DNA from: an uncultured Acidobacteriota bacterium
GTDB taxonomy: Bacteria; Acidobacteriota; UBA6911
DNA length: 64,000 nt
Direction of reading: 5' to 3'
NCBI GenBank assembly: GCA_963827655.1
Contig: CAWHCF010000040.1
Location: forward strand, 10,472-74,471
The notes under the pieces were generated by a model. That model searched no databases, was not told the origin of the DNA, and saw only the letters and a program-made list of their open reading frames with translations. Of this stretch, positions 52,022 to 60,155 are shown in pieces. The stretch's first letter is position 1; every line of letters starts with the position of its first letter. The position numbers and the translations under genes were made by a program.

Positions 52022-52539
52022 TTAATCCAGCTTCGCGTTTTCCTTGATCAGCAATATCCTCTTATGCGACTTCGGAAGCTTCACGACGTGGAAAAAGTGT
52101 TGTCCTATGCAGCCGCCGCCGATACGCTCTTCTCCGTCCTTCACATGCACAACGAGCCGATCTTCGGTTTCAACGATTTTTGAAACTACGACTGCTCTTG
52201 AGCGCCCTTGCCCCGTGATACCGCCAACATGGAATGTCCCGACTGCGATCGCCATTTGATTCGCAAAATCTGGTTTTTTGGAGGTACTCAGCCCACCCCG
52301 GAATATTTGACGGTCGCACCTGCAGCCCAACGCCTCCACTGTTCGTCTGCTTTGATCACCAGGACGGGTAATGGTCCTGAATCGCCGGCTTCACGGTCGG
52401 CGTCCGTCATGATGAACTCCACTTCTCGACCGATGACCTCGAACTGGAGCTCTCTGGCCGCATCTTTCTCCATCGAAGCCATGACAAGACTGGCTAGCAT
52501 CAAGGGCCCGCAAATCAAGCCTGGAAATCTGGTTGTCAC
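52022..52539 (-). CDS. PrcB C-terminal-domain-like exported protein (frameshifted)
   Basis: PDFANQMAIAV..IVETEDRLVVHV..FHVVKLPKS; signal peptide in ORF 52288-52539. Confidence 0.5.
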
Positions 52540-52717
52540 AAGGCATCTCCCTTTCGCTTAGTCATGTGCACTAGACGCCTTCGGAGCATCGACCTTGCAG
52601 ACTATTTTAGCGCGCCACGCAGTTTAGACCTTCGGGTGGACGCGCGGCCCAACCCTTGCGCCGGACTCCTCAAGATTCTCTTCATAAACCGCGGAGTATC
52701 GGAGGACAGCGGTTTGG

Positions 52718-52747
52718 TTGACGGTGCGGGAACAGCTTTGGTAGTAT
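52718..52747 (+). promoter_or_regulatory. Sigma70-type promoter of tRNA-Glu
   Basis: TTGACG-N18-TAGTAT with an extended TG. Confidence 0.6.
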
Positions 52748-52765
52748 GTGCACCCGAATTTGGAT

Positions 52766-52841
52766 GGCGCTATCGTCTAGGGGACTAGGACGGGTGGTTC
52801 TCAGCCATCAAACCAGGGTTCGAATCCCTGTAGCGCTACCA
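52766..52841 (+). tRNA. tRNA-Glu(CTC)
   Basis: Cloverleaf with GGCGCTA/TAGCGCT acceptor, GGTGG-TTCTCAG-CCATC anticodon arm, GGTTCGAATCC, encoded CCA. Confidence 0.95.
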
Positions 52842-52898
52842 AGACTTACAGGTTTTCCGAAATCGGCAGGAAAGAGCCGGAGCGCCTTCAGGGCCTGT

Positions 52899-52923
52899 TA
52901 ACCGCTGACGCGCCTCCCGCGTT
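52899..52923 (+). promoter_or_regulatory. Candidate ECF-sigma promoter
   Basis: TAACC-N16-CGTT upstream of the ECF operon. Confidence 0.4.
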
Positions 52924-52960
52924 GTATCGGTAAATCTCGTACATGCGAGGAGAAGCGCAG

Positions 52961-53440
52961 ATGGGTCCAGAAATCATCATCGTGCCGGCGGCGTTCCTGC
53001 TGATGGGCTACGTCGTCTTCACAATCGTCGACGGCATCCTGCGGTGGCGCAGGCTCAGAGTATCGACCGAGTTTCAGGGGAAGCTCCTGGAACGGATCGG
53101 CTCCGCCCGGGAATTCGGCGAATTTCTCAACACCGAGGGGGGCGGCCGGTTCATCGACGTCATCGGGACGGAGAGAGGTGGCAGCGCGCACGCACGTATT
53201 CTCCGCGCCGTGCAGATGGGAATCGTCCTCGTCGTTCTCGGTGCGGCGCTGTTCCTGTTCGTCAGGTGGGTCACGCTGCCGTACCCCGTTCCGGAGAACC
53301 TGGGGTTTCTCGCGACTGTTTCGACAGCCATCGGGGTCGGACTGTTGCTGTCCTCCTTCGTCTCGTACCGTCTCTCGAGAAAGATGGGACTGATCGAAGA
53401 TCAGGCGCACCGTGCGCCTCACGTGACAACAGTGTCGTGA
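52961..53440 (+). CDS. Membrane protein with three TM helices (DUF6249-like)
   Basis: GAGGAG RBS; KLLERIGS..EF.EFL motif. Confidence 0.7.
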   Translation: MGPEIIIVPAAFLLMGYVVFTIVDGILRWRRLRVSTEFQGKLLERIGSAREFGEFLNTEGGGRFIDVIGTERGGSAHARILRAVQMGIVLVVLGAALFLFVRWVTLPYPVPENLGFLATVSTAIGVGLLLSSFVSYRLSRKMGLIEDQAHRAPHVTTVS

Positions 53441-53441
53441 C

Positions 53442-53942
53442 ATGCCTGAGTTCACGGAGCTTGCCTTCGGCGAGTTCTACCGCCGTCATGCGCGGGCACT
53501 GTGGTCGTACGTGTATCGGGTGACCGGCAACGCCGCCGATGCGGACGATATCGTTCAGGATGCGTTCTGCCGGGTCTTCTGCGCGGAAGTGTCCGATCTC
53601 AGCGATGAGGACTGCCGGCGATATCTCTTCCGCGTCGCCGGCAATCTGATCACGGATCGATGGCGGCACGCGCAGCGCGAGCTGTCCTGGCTCGCTCGCC
53701 TGCGCCCGCCTCCACCCGAGCCGCCGCCGGCCGGGCACGACGAGGAGGTGGCCCGGACGTTTGCGGCCTTGAAGCCACGCGAGCGCGCGTTGCTGTGGCT
53801 TGCGTACGTCGAACAGCAGGACCATCAGCAGATCGCCGACTCCCTCGGCCTGGCCCGCGGCAGCGTCAAGGTGCTGCTGTCGCGCGCACGAAACAGGCTC
53901 CGGGATCTTCTGAGTTCCGTGCGAATCGTCGCGAGGGCATGA
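53442..53942 (+). CDS. ECF-family RNA polymerase sigma factor
   Basis: ADDIVQDAF, YLFRVA.N, IADSLG..GSVKVLLSRAR. Confidence 0.9.
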   Translation: MPEFTELAFGEFYRRHARALWSYVYRVTGNAADADDIVQDAFCRVFCAEVSDLSDEDCRRYLFRVAGNLITDRWRHAQRELSWLARLRPPPPEPPPAGHDEEVARTFAALKPRERALLWLAYVEQQDHQQIADSLGLARGSVKVLLSRARNRLRDLLSSVRIVARA

Positions 53943-54232
53943 TGTTCGAGCTTTTCAGTGGGAACCTGACGCCTGAGGAAGAGGACGCCGTCGCTGCCTT
54001 CATGGAGCGCGTGGCCGTCCTGCCCGATGCACAGCGGGCGCCGCTTCCGGACCCGACCGTGCTCTGGTGGAGGGCGCAGCTCGTGCGGCGATGGAACAGC
54101 GAGCGGAAGGCGCAGGCGCCGCTCGATGTGATCGATCCGATTCAGATTGTCGCGGGCCTCATCGCCGCCGGACTGCTGCTGGTGTGGACACTGCCGTCGG
54201 TCGTGCGCGCATTTTCTTTCATCGGCCTGTGA
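53939..54232 (+). CDS. Small membrane protein, putative anti-sigma factor
   Basis: Overlaps the sigma stop codon; LPDP..LWWRAQL motif plus one TM helix. Confidence 0.6.
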   Translation: MMFELFSGNLTPEEEDAVAAFMERVAVLPDAQRAPLPDPTVLWWRAQLVRRWNSERKAQAPLDVIDPIQIVAGLIAAGLLLVWTLPSVVRAFSFIGL

Positions 54233-54519
54233 CCTCAGGGGACTCCGCATTAACGCGCTGTCGCCGTCAGAGCTTTATCGAAGATCCGTCGTGACCCTGA
54301 TGGAATCAGAGCCCGTAGTGTCCCACGACTCGGCCAACTACAAACACGGCACGTGTTGCATGATCTAGACTGCCTCCGTGCTCCACGTGGAAGCCTTTCA
54401 GCTGTTGCCCCCTCGTCCTTACCGGCTGGCTGAATCGCCGGGAGCGCTTGACGGTGGACACTCCAAGTGTTCACCACGCCGACCGCTTGGGACAGCGGCC
54501 AAGGCGTTCGCGTATAATC

Positions 54520-54789
54520 CGCCCGCGCTCCGCCAATCTCTCCTGCGGTAGAGGAAGCCGACTGGAGGTATTAATGGGGCATTAGGGCACTCCCTCGCGG
54601 TAGGATTCTTCCGCAAAATCTCACGATTTCACGGCTAGGTTCTTCGCGCTTCCAATGCACCTGGCGTATAATCCGCGGAGTCGGACTCATCCAGGACCGA
54701 CGAACATCGCGCAAAGTTAACATAAGGCCCGTTCTCAGAGCCTGAGTTGCCCCGACTCGAGCCGAAAATGACGCTTGTTTCTCTTATCC
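54520..54789 (+). mobile_element. IS91/ISCR-type right-end remnant 1 (transposase C-terminus, UTR and oriIS-like end)
   Basis: Encodes SARAPPISPAVEEADWRY-stop; ends GACGCTTGTTTCTCTTATCC; ~250 bp shared with 57866-58117. Confidence 0.7.
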
Positions 54790-54845
54790 ACTTACATCGT
54801 CAAGGTGAGCGGAAAAGGATGAGGGACGAGCGGTTGCAGAAGAAT

Positions 54846-54891
54846 TGGAGGCGCCGCCCGGATTTGAACCGGGGATGGAGGTTTTACAGAC
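54846..54891 (-). repeat. tRNA-Cys 3'-half (att-like), copy 1; anticodon reads GTA
   Basis: Minus strand TCTGTAAAACCTCCATCCCCGGTTCAAATCCGGGCGGCGCCTCCA; no 5' half. Confidence 0.8.
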
Positions 54892-55016
54892 TTCGTCGGG
54901 TTCTGCAAGTTGTTGAATGGTCTTGCTCCTGGTCTCTGGTACTCCTCGCGACGCTGCCCGCCGCGCTCATCGACCTCAGGCGAGGTGTCTGATACGCTGA
55001 CCGCGAGGATCATCAA

Positions 55017-55985
55017 ATGAAAAGTGCTCCGCTCGTGCTCGCGGGTCTCGGCGTTGTCATGGGCGTTGCTGTCGGGGCGCAGCAACCGGCCGCCCCGGCG
55101 AGGCCGCTCACCATGCCGGCCGTCAACTCGCAGATCGGCGGCGCCTATCCGATCGACGAGCTGGAACATACGCTCACCTATACGCTGGAGTCAGTCTCGA
55201 TCGCGAGCCGCTTCGCTTCCGCAAACTCCAACGTCGTCGCTACCGGAGGGAAGCGCCTGTTGGTCATCACCTCGAGCCTGACCAATATCCAGAAGTTCAC
55301 GTATCCCCTCAATGCCCAAGCGGTGATGTTCAACGTCTTCAACGAGTCTGGAGAACGATTCCTCAACTCCCTGCACAGCTTCATCCTGCCGGGCCTGACG
55401 TCCTTCCCGACGGATCTCAAGACGAAAGAGAAGCTGCGGTACGTCGCGGTGATGGAGATTCACGGCCAGGGACCAATCACGCGCCTCGCCGCCGTCAAGG
55501 GCGACCGCAAGACCCGCCGCGCGTGGTACGACGTCGAAAAAGACCTGACGATCGCGCCGTCGGTATTCGCGAGCGGTAACGGACTCGTCGATCGCGCCGA
55601 GACACGGATGGGGACGACGTTCGACCTCGGGGCGTTCGACATGACCGTGGAGTCGGCGGGTCCGGTAGCGAGCGCCGGCAGCTACCAGTCCTCGTCGTCA
55701 GGCGAGGTCTACGCCGTCACCGTCAAGGTCACCAACATGCTGAAAGCGCCGGAGAAGTTCGGCTGGCAGTACGGGAAGGCGACGCTGACCGACACGTCAG
55801 GCAAGGACCTGAACTGGACCAGCGACATCATCGATACGGCGACCGGCAAGTCCGTGGTCGGCGAACTGGTCGCCGGGCAGCCATACGTCGTCCAATACGC
55901 CTTCAACGCCGAGCGCGGCCGCGCGCTGAAGACCTTCACGCTGGCGATGAACGGCGGCCGGACGATCGTTGTCGATTTGAAGTGA
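55017..55985 (+). CDS. Exported hypothetical protein with two Ig-like (DUF4352-like) halves
   Basis: Signal peptide; strong GC3 bias; two beta-rich repeats. Confidence 0.7.
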   Translation: MKSAPLVLAGLGVVMGVAVGAQQPAAPARPLTMPAVNSQIGGAYPIDELEHTLTYTLESVSIASRFASANSNVVATGGKRLLVITSSLTNIQKFTYPLNAQAVMFNVFNESGERFLNSLHSFILPGLTSFPTDLKTKEKLRYVAVMEIHGQGPITRLAAVKGDRKTRRAWYDVEKDLTIAPSVFASGNGLVDRAETRMGTTFDLGAFDMTVESAGPVASAGSYQSSSSGEVYAVTVKVTNMLKAPEKFGWQYGKATLTDTSGKDLNWTSDIIDTATGKSVVGELVAGQPYVVQYAFNAERGRALKTFTLAMNGGRTIVVDLK

Positions 55986-56116
55986 TGTCGCCTGCTTGTT
56001 GCGGCCGCGGGCGTAGGGCGGCGCCGAGCGTTTGTTGGGCCCGTACACCAGAACGTACATCCGAAGGGCAGCCCGGTGTTGGCCCGGCTTTCGTTTTGCC
56101 GTTTCGTTAGAAAAAT

Positions 56117-56161
56117 TGGAGGCGCCGCCCGGATTTGAACCGGGGATGGAGGTTTTGCAGA
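56117..56161 (-). repeat. tRNA-Cys(GCA) 3'-half (att-like), copy 2
   Basis: Minus strand TCTGCAAAACCTCCATCCCCGGTTCAAATCCGGGCGGCGCCTCCA. Confidence 0.8.
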
Positions 56162-56414
56162 GCCGTCCCCGGTCCTTTCTCATCGATCGGTGACTCGCGC
56201 GATCGCGCTAGAAATCAAATCGCGTCAATCAGTTGCTTCGATCGACTATTCACCGCGATCGCGTGACGCGTTGCCTGAAATTGGGTGCCGCTGGTTTGCC
56301 GCGGGCACAGTTTGGGCACACCTCGGTAGCTCGCGGGCGACCGAAAAGCCATCCGACCGACGATGGCCTTCATCGATTGATATGGCTCAGTCGAAACGCT
56401 AGACTGCGTCTTCG

Positions 56415-56774
56415 GTGGTCATGCAAATCGAGGAGTGCTACCAAATCTTGGAGACTCCGGCGAAAGAGCACAAGGTTATCGTTGTAAGCAAAGGAGCACC
56501 GACCTATACGGTCGACATCGATGGCACAGCCTATATTAATTCGACCGGCAATGCCGGACTTGCAACCGCCGGCTCGGGCGACATTCTTGCTGAGATGGTC
56601 GTGGGGACATTGGTCCAGATGCGGGACCGAGCGATCGATGCCGCAACGATCGGGACGTACGTTCATGGTCTTGCCGGCGATCTGGCTGCCCAGGACCAAA
56701 CACAGATTGCCATGATCGCGACGGATGTGAACGGATATTTGCCACAGGCATATAAAGCACTAGGGTGTAGGTGA
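56415..56774 (+). pseudogene. nnrD: 3' fragment of NAD(P)H-hydrate dehydratase (NnrD/carbohydrate kinase)
   Basis: KGAPT..INSTGNAGLATAGSGDIL..YVHGLAGD; N-terminal part missing. Confidence 0.75.
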
Positions 56775-56775
56775 T

Positions 56776-57195
56776 ATGGCTAAGAAACCTGAACCCAAGA
56801 CGAGACCGACCGAGGTAAGCCCCGAGGATTTCCTGAACGAGATCAAGGACGAGCAGAAGCGGCAGGATTGTTTTGAAGTGTTGGAGATGATGAGATCGGC
56901 TTCAAAGATGAAACCAGTGATGTGGGGGCCCGCGATCGTTGGGTTCGGTTCTAAACCGATCAAGTATGCGAATGGCAGTGAGCTCGATTGGCCGATGATG
57001 GGGTTCTCGCCACGTAAAGCGAACCTGACGCTCTATCTCATGTCGGACTTCCCGGACTATGAGAAGCTTCTTGGAGAGTTAGGGCCACACACGGTTAGCA
57101 AGGCCTGCCTGTATATCAAGCGGTTGAGCGATATCGACAAGAAGGTGTTGAAGCAGTTGATCGCCGAATCATTCAAAGCTGCGAAAAATAGCTGA
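56776..57195 (+). CDS. DUF1801 domain protein
   Basis: MWGPAIVGFG, GFSPRKANLTLY, CLYIKRL. Confidence 0.85.
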   Translation: MAKKPEPKTRPTEVSPEDFLNEIKDEQKRQDCFEVLEMMRSASKMKPVMWGPAIVGFGSKPIKYANGSELDWPMMGFSPRKANLTLYLMSDFPDYEKLLGELGPHTVSKACLYIKRLSDIDKKVLKQLIAESFKAAKNS

Positions 57196-57203
57196 TACGT
57201 CTC

Positions 57204-57629
57204 ATGGCAAAGAAAGCTGAGATCAAGACAAAACAGAATGAGGGGAGTGTCGAAGACTTTATCAATTCTGTTGGCGATGAGCAGAAGATAAAAGATGCCT
57301 TTGAAGTGCTCGAGATGATGAAGAAAGCGACGAAGCTGGAGCCAAAGATGTGGGGAGCGTCTCTCATCGGTTTCGGGAGTAAGGTCTACAAATCGCCGGC
57401 GTCGGGCCGAGAGGTCGATTGGTTTCTCGTAGGGTTCTCGCCACGTAAGGCGAACTTTAGTTTGTATGTACTCAATGGCTTCGAGAAGCAAGGCGAGTTG
57501 TTGGGCAAGCTCGGAAAGTACACTACCGGTCAAGGCTGTCTCTACATCAAAAAGCTGGAGGACGTCGACAAGAAGATCCTCAAACAGATGATCGAAGCAT
57601 CGCTAAAGAATATCAAGCAACTACCTTAG
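57204..57629 (+). CDS. DUF1801 domain protein (tandem paralog)
   Basis: MWGASLIGFG, GFSPRKANFSLY, GCLYIKKL. Confidence 0.85.
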   Translation: MAKKAEIKTKQNEGSVEDFINSVGDEQKIKDAFEVLEMMKKATKLEPKMWGASLIGFGSKVYKSPASGREVDWFLVGFSPRKANFSLYVLNGFEKQGELLGKLGKYTTGQGCLYIKKLEDVDKKILKQMIEASLKNIKQLP

Positions 57630-57641
57630 TCGAGTATTCGA

Positions 57642-57866
57642 GATGGTAAGCTCCTGGGCAGCAGTTCTTAGAAAGGATCTCCTTGCCATTGCGATGTTCC
57701 TGCTTGTTACCGTCGCCATCGTTCTCTTTTCTCTTCCCGGCGAGCAGATCGCGCCAAGCATGATCAGCGCGCTCTTCTGGATCGCTCTCTTTTTGGCGCC
57801 ATGACGGGCCTCGCCCGCAGCTTTATTTCCGAAGAAGAACGGGGACGTCGTTCCTGCTCCGTATCC
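57642..57866 (+). pseudogene. ccmB: 5' fragment of heme exporter CcmB, truncated at IS91 remnant 2
   Basis: MVSSWAAVLRKDL..LFWIALF then GAMTGLARSFISEEERGT in a shifted frame. Confidence 0.6.
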
Positions 57867-58117
57867 GCGGTAGAGGAAGCCGACTGGAGGTATTAATGAG
57901 GCATTAGGCAGCAGGCACTCCCTCGCGTAGGCTTCTTCCGCAAATCTCACGATTTCACGGCTAGGTTTTTCACGCTGCCAATGCACCTGGCGTATAATCC
58001 GCAGAGTCGGACTCATCCAGGACCGAGGAACATCGCGCAAAGTTAACATAAAGCCCGTTTCTCCAGAACCTGAGTTGCCCCGACTCGAGCTGAAAATGAC
58101 GCTTGTTTATCTTATCC
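57866..58117 (+). mobile_element. IS91/ISCR-type right-end remnant 2
   Basis: PAVEEADWRY-stop plus UTR ending GACGCTTGTTTATCTTATCC. Confidence 0.7.
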
Positions 58118-58139
58118 ACTTCCTTCCGTTGTAGTTTAG

Positions 58140-58237
58140 CCTTATCAGGGAACGACCGAATGACACTCGTGTGGGTGCGGGTTGGAGATACCTGGAAGAT
58201 TACGCACGAACCCGGCTCCCTGTTGAAGGCACGTTAG
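58140..58237 (+). pseudogene. C-terminal fragment of an NTF2/SnoaL-like protein
   Basis: MTLVWVRVGDTWKITHE..-stop just after the oriIS-like end. Confidence 0.45.
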
Positions 58238-58498
58238 AGCAGAATGGCCTCCGCGCGAATCGCCGCCGTGGCGAAACCCTGCAAAATTTCATCCCAGCCT
58301 AAAGGTTTTGGTCTATGATCGGCCAATTGGATGCCGCACAACGGTCGGGGCCGGGCGCTCGAGTTGACATAATGTCTGCCGATCGGAAAGTGGGCCGACC
58401 CCGCAACCGGGGGGACGCGAGGAAAACGGCTCTTGTTCGGCCTCAGGCAGAGCGGTGAAACGCTTTAGATTAGTTGACCCAAGGGAAAGGGACACGAC

Positions 58499-58852
58499 AT
58501 GCGGGCACTGTGGAGCGGACTGGTTCTGGTTATGTTGACTGCGCTGGTAATGGCACAGACGTCGTGGTCCGATTGGAAAACGCCATCAGGCGCGGACAGC
58601 AATCTTGAATACAGGTGGCGACGGACCGCGGCGGTGTGTCCAGCCAACGGCTGTTTCAAAATCTTGCAGTTTCGAAACACCGGTCGCAACACATTAAGTT
58701 TTGATTACACCGTGTGGTCGAAGTCGATTGGCGACGGCAGCGACGACGTAAAGGACACAGGATCGGCCACAGTCCGTCCGGAAGCGACAATCGACAGGAC
58801 CGCCGGCAGCGGTGGTAACCTGGTTCGCGTTGATGCGGATATGCGTCGCTAA
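58499..58852 (+). CDS. Small exported hypothetical protein
   Basis: Signal peptide; Cys pair; beta-rich. Confidence 0.6.
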   Translation: MRALWSGLVLVMLTALVMAQTSWSDWKTPSGADSNLEYRWRRTAAVCPANGCFKILQFRNTGRNTLSFDYTVWSKSIGDGSDDVKDTGSATVRPEATIDRTAGSGGNLVRVDADMRR

Positions 58853-59001
58853 TAAGCGATGATCGGACACTCGTCGATGCGCTCGTTCAGGGAACGGAGA
58901 TGCCCCTCGATCGCCGCCATCCTATTCCGGTCCAGTATCCATGCGGGTCCAAGCGCATCCTTAGGGAATTGAGCAACTTGTCAAAACATGCCCGATAGGG
59001 A

Positions 59002-59045
59002 TTCCTGAACCGTGGGCGGGTGTTCGAGTCACCCCAGGCGCACCA
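59002..59045 (+). repeat. tRNA-Arg(CCT)-like 3'-half (att-like)
   Basis: TTCCTGA loop, perfect T-arm GGGTG-TTCGAGT-CACCC, CAGGCGC-A-CCA. Confidence 0.65.
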
Positions 59046-59060
59046 CCACCGCGCGATCGA

Positions 59061-59573
59061 GTGCGGCTCGAGCGACTCTGCCGTTACTGCGCTCGCCCCG
59101 CGGTGGCCAACGAGCGTCTGTCGGTCTTGCCGGATGGCCGGCTATTGTACCGCCTCAAGCGGCGCTGGCGGGACGGAACCAGCCACGTGATTTTCGAGTC
59201 CATCGAGCTTGTCGAGAAGCTCGCTTCCCTTGTTCCGCCCCCCCGGTTCAACCTCGTCAGGTATCATGGCGTTCTTGCCCCTTCCGCGCGGTGGCGACCG
59301 AGCGTCGTTCCTTCTCACACCGCTGCCGGGGATATCGTTTCTCACCCTGGCTGCGCTGCCAAGAAACTCGATCCTCGTCCCGAGGCGAAGAGTTCCCACA
59401 AGCGACGCGGTTGCCACCCTCGGAACTACTCATGGTCCGAATTGATGCGCCGAGTGTTCGCTGTGGACGTTTTGGAATGCCCTCGCTTCATTAATACCTC
59501 AATACCTCCAGTCGGCTTCCTCTACCGCGGGAGAGATTGGTGGAGCTGAAAATGACGCTTGTTTCTCTTATCC
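59061..59573 (+). mobile_element. Truncated IS91-family (Y2/HUH) transposase 3' part with inverted tail and oriIS-like end (remnant 3)
   Basis: LERLCRYCARPA, PPPRFNLVRYHGVLAP, WSELMRRVFAVDVLECPR; ends GACGCTTGTTTCTCTTATCC. Confidence 0.85.
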
Positions 59574-59816
59574 ACTCCCGCCTGCATCCTGATGAGGGCG
59601 CTGCTCACGCCTCAAACAGCTTCGGATAAAGTTTCCGATAAGTTGCAATATATAGGTTGCCTACGACACGCACCTCAAACCGGAGATGCCTTAGATACCG
59701 GAACCGCATGCGGGTCTGGGCACACGCCTCCCTTTATTGCAGCATTGCGGCGCGAGGGCTAGCCAATCTGAACTTGACTCGCGTAATCTCGTCGCCGTAA
59801 GCTAAGAATTCTTGGT

Positions 59817-60155
59817 ATGGGACGCAAGGCGCAAAAGAACGATTCGTTGCCCGGTTCACTGGACATGTTGATTCTGCGGACGCTGTCGCGGCGCGACCTC
59901 CATGGATACGGCATAGTCCAGTTCATTCAACAATCGTCCGACAACGAGCTCCTCGTCGAGGAGGGCTCGCTGTACCCCGCTCTCCAGCGGCTGGAGCTAA
60001 ACGGCTGGATCGAGGGTGTCTGGGGCGTGACGTCGAATAATCGGCGGGCGAGGATCTACAAGATCACGGCGGCTGGCCGCAAACAGCTGGCCGTTGAAAC
60101 CCGGAAGTACGCCAAACTCACGCTGGCGATCGCGCGCGTGATGGGAGCGGAGTGA
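59817..60155 (+). CDS. Acidobacterial PadR-family regulator
   Basis: GSLDMLIL, HGYGI, VEEGSLYPAL, NNRRARIY. Confidence 0.92.
   Translation: MGRKAQKNDSLPGSLDMLILRTLSRRDLHGYGIVQFIQQSSDNELLVEEGSLYPALQRLELNGWIEGVWGVTSNNRRARIYKITAAGRKQLAVETRKYAKLTLAIARVMGAE

Noticed and set aside
54846-56161. Functional tRNA-Cys or tRNA-Tyr genes
   Set aside because: Both copies lack the 5' acceptor strand and D-arm.
58200-58245. Integron attC site (…GTTAGAG)
   Set aside because: No matching RYYYAAC or L-box palindrome; the sequence is better explained as an NTF2-like gene tail.
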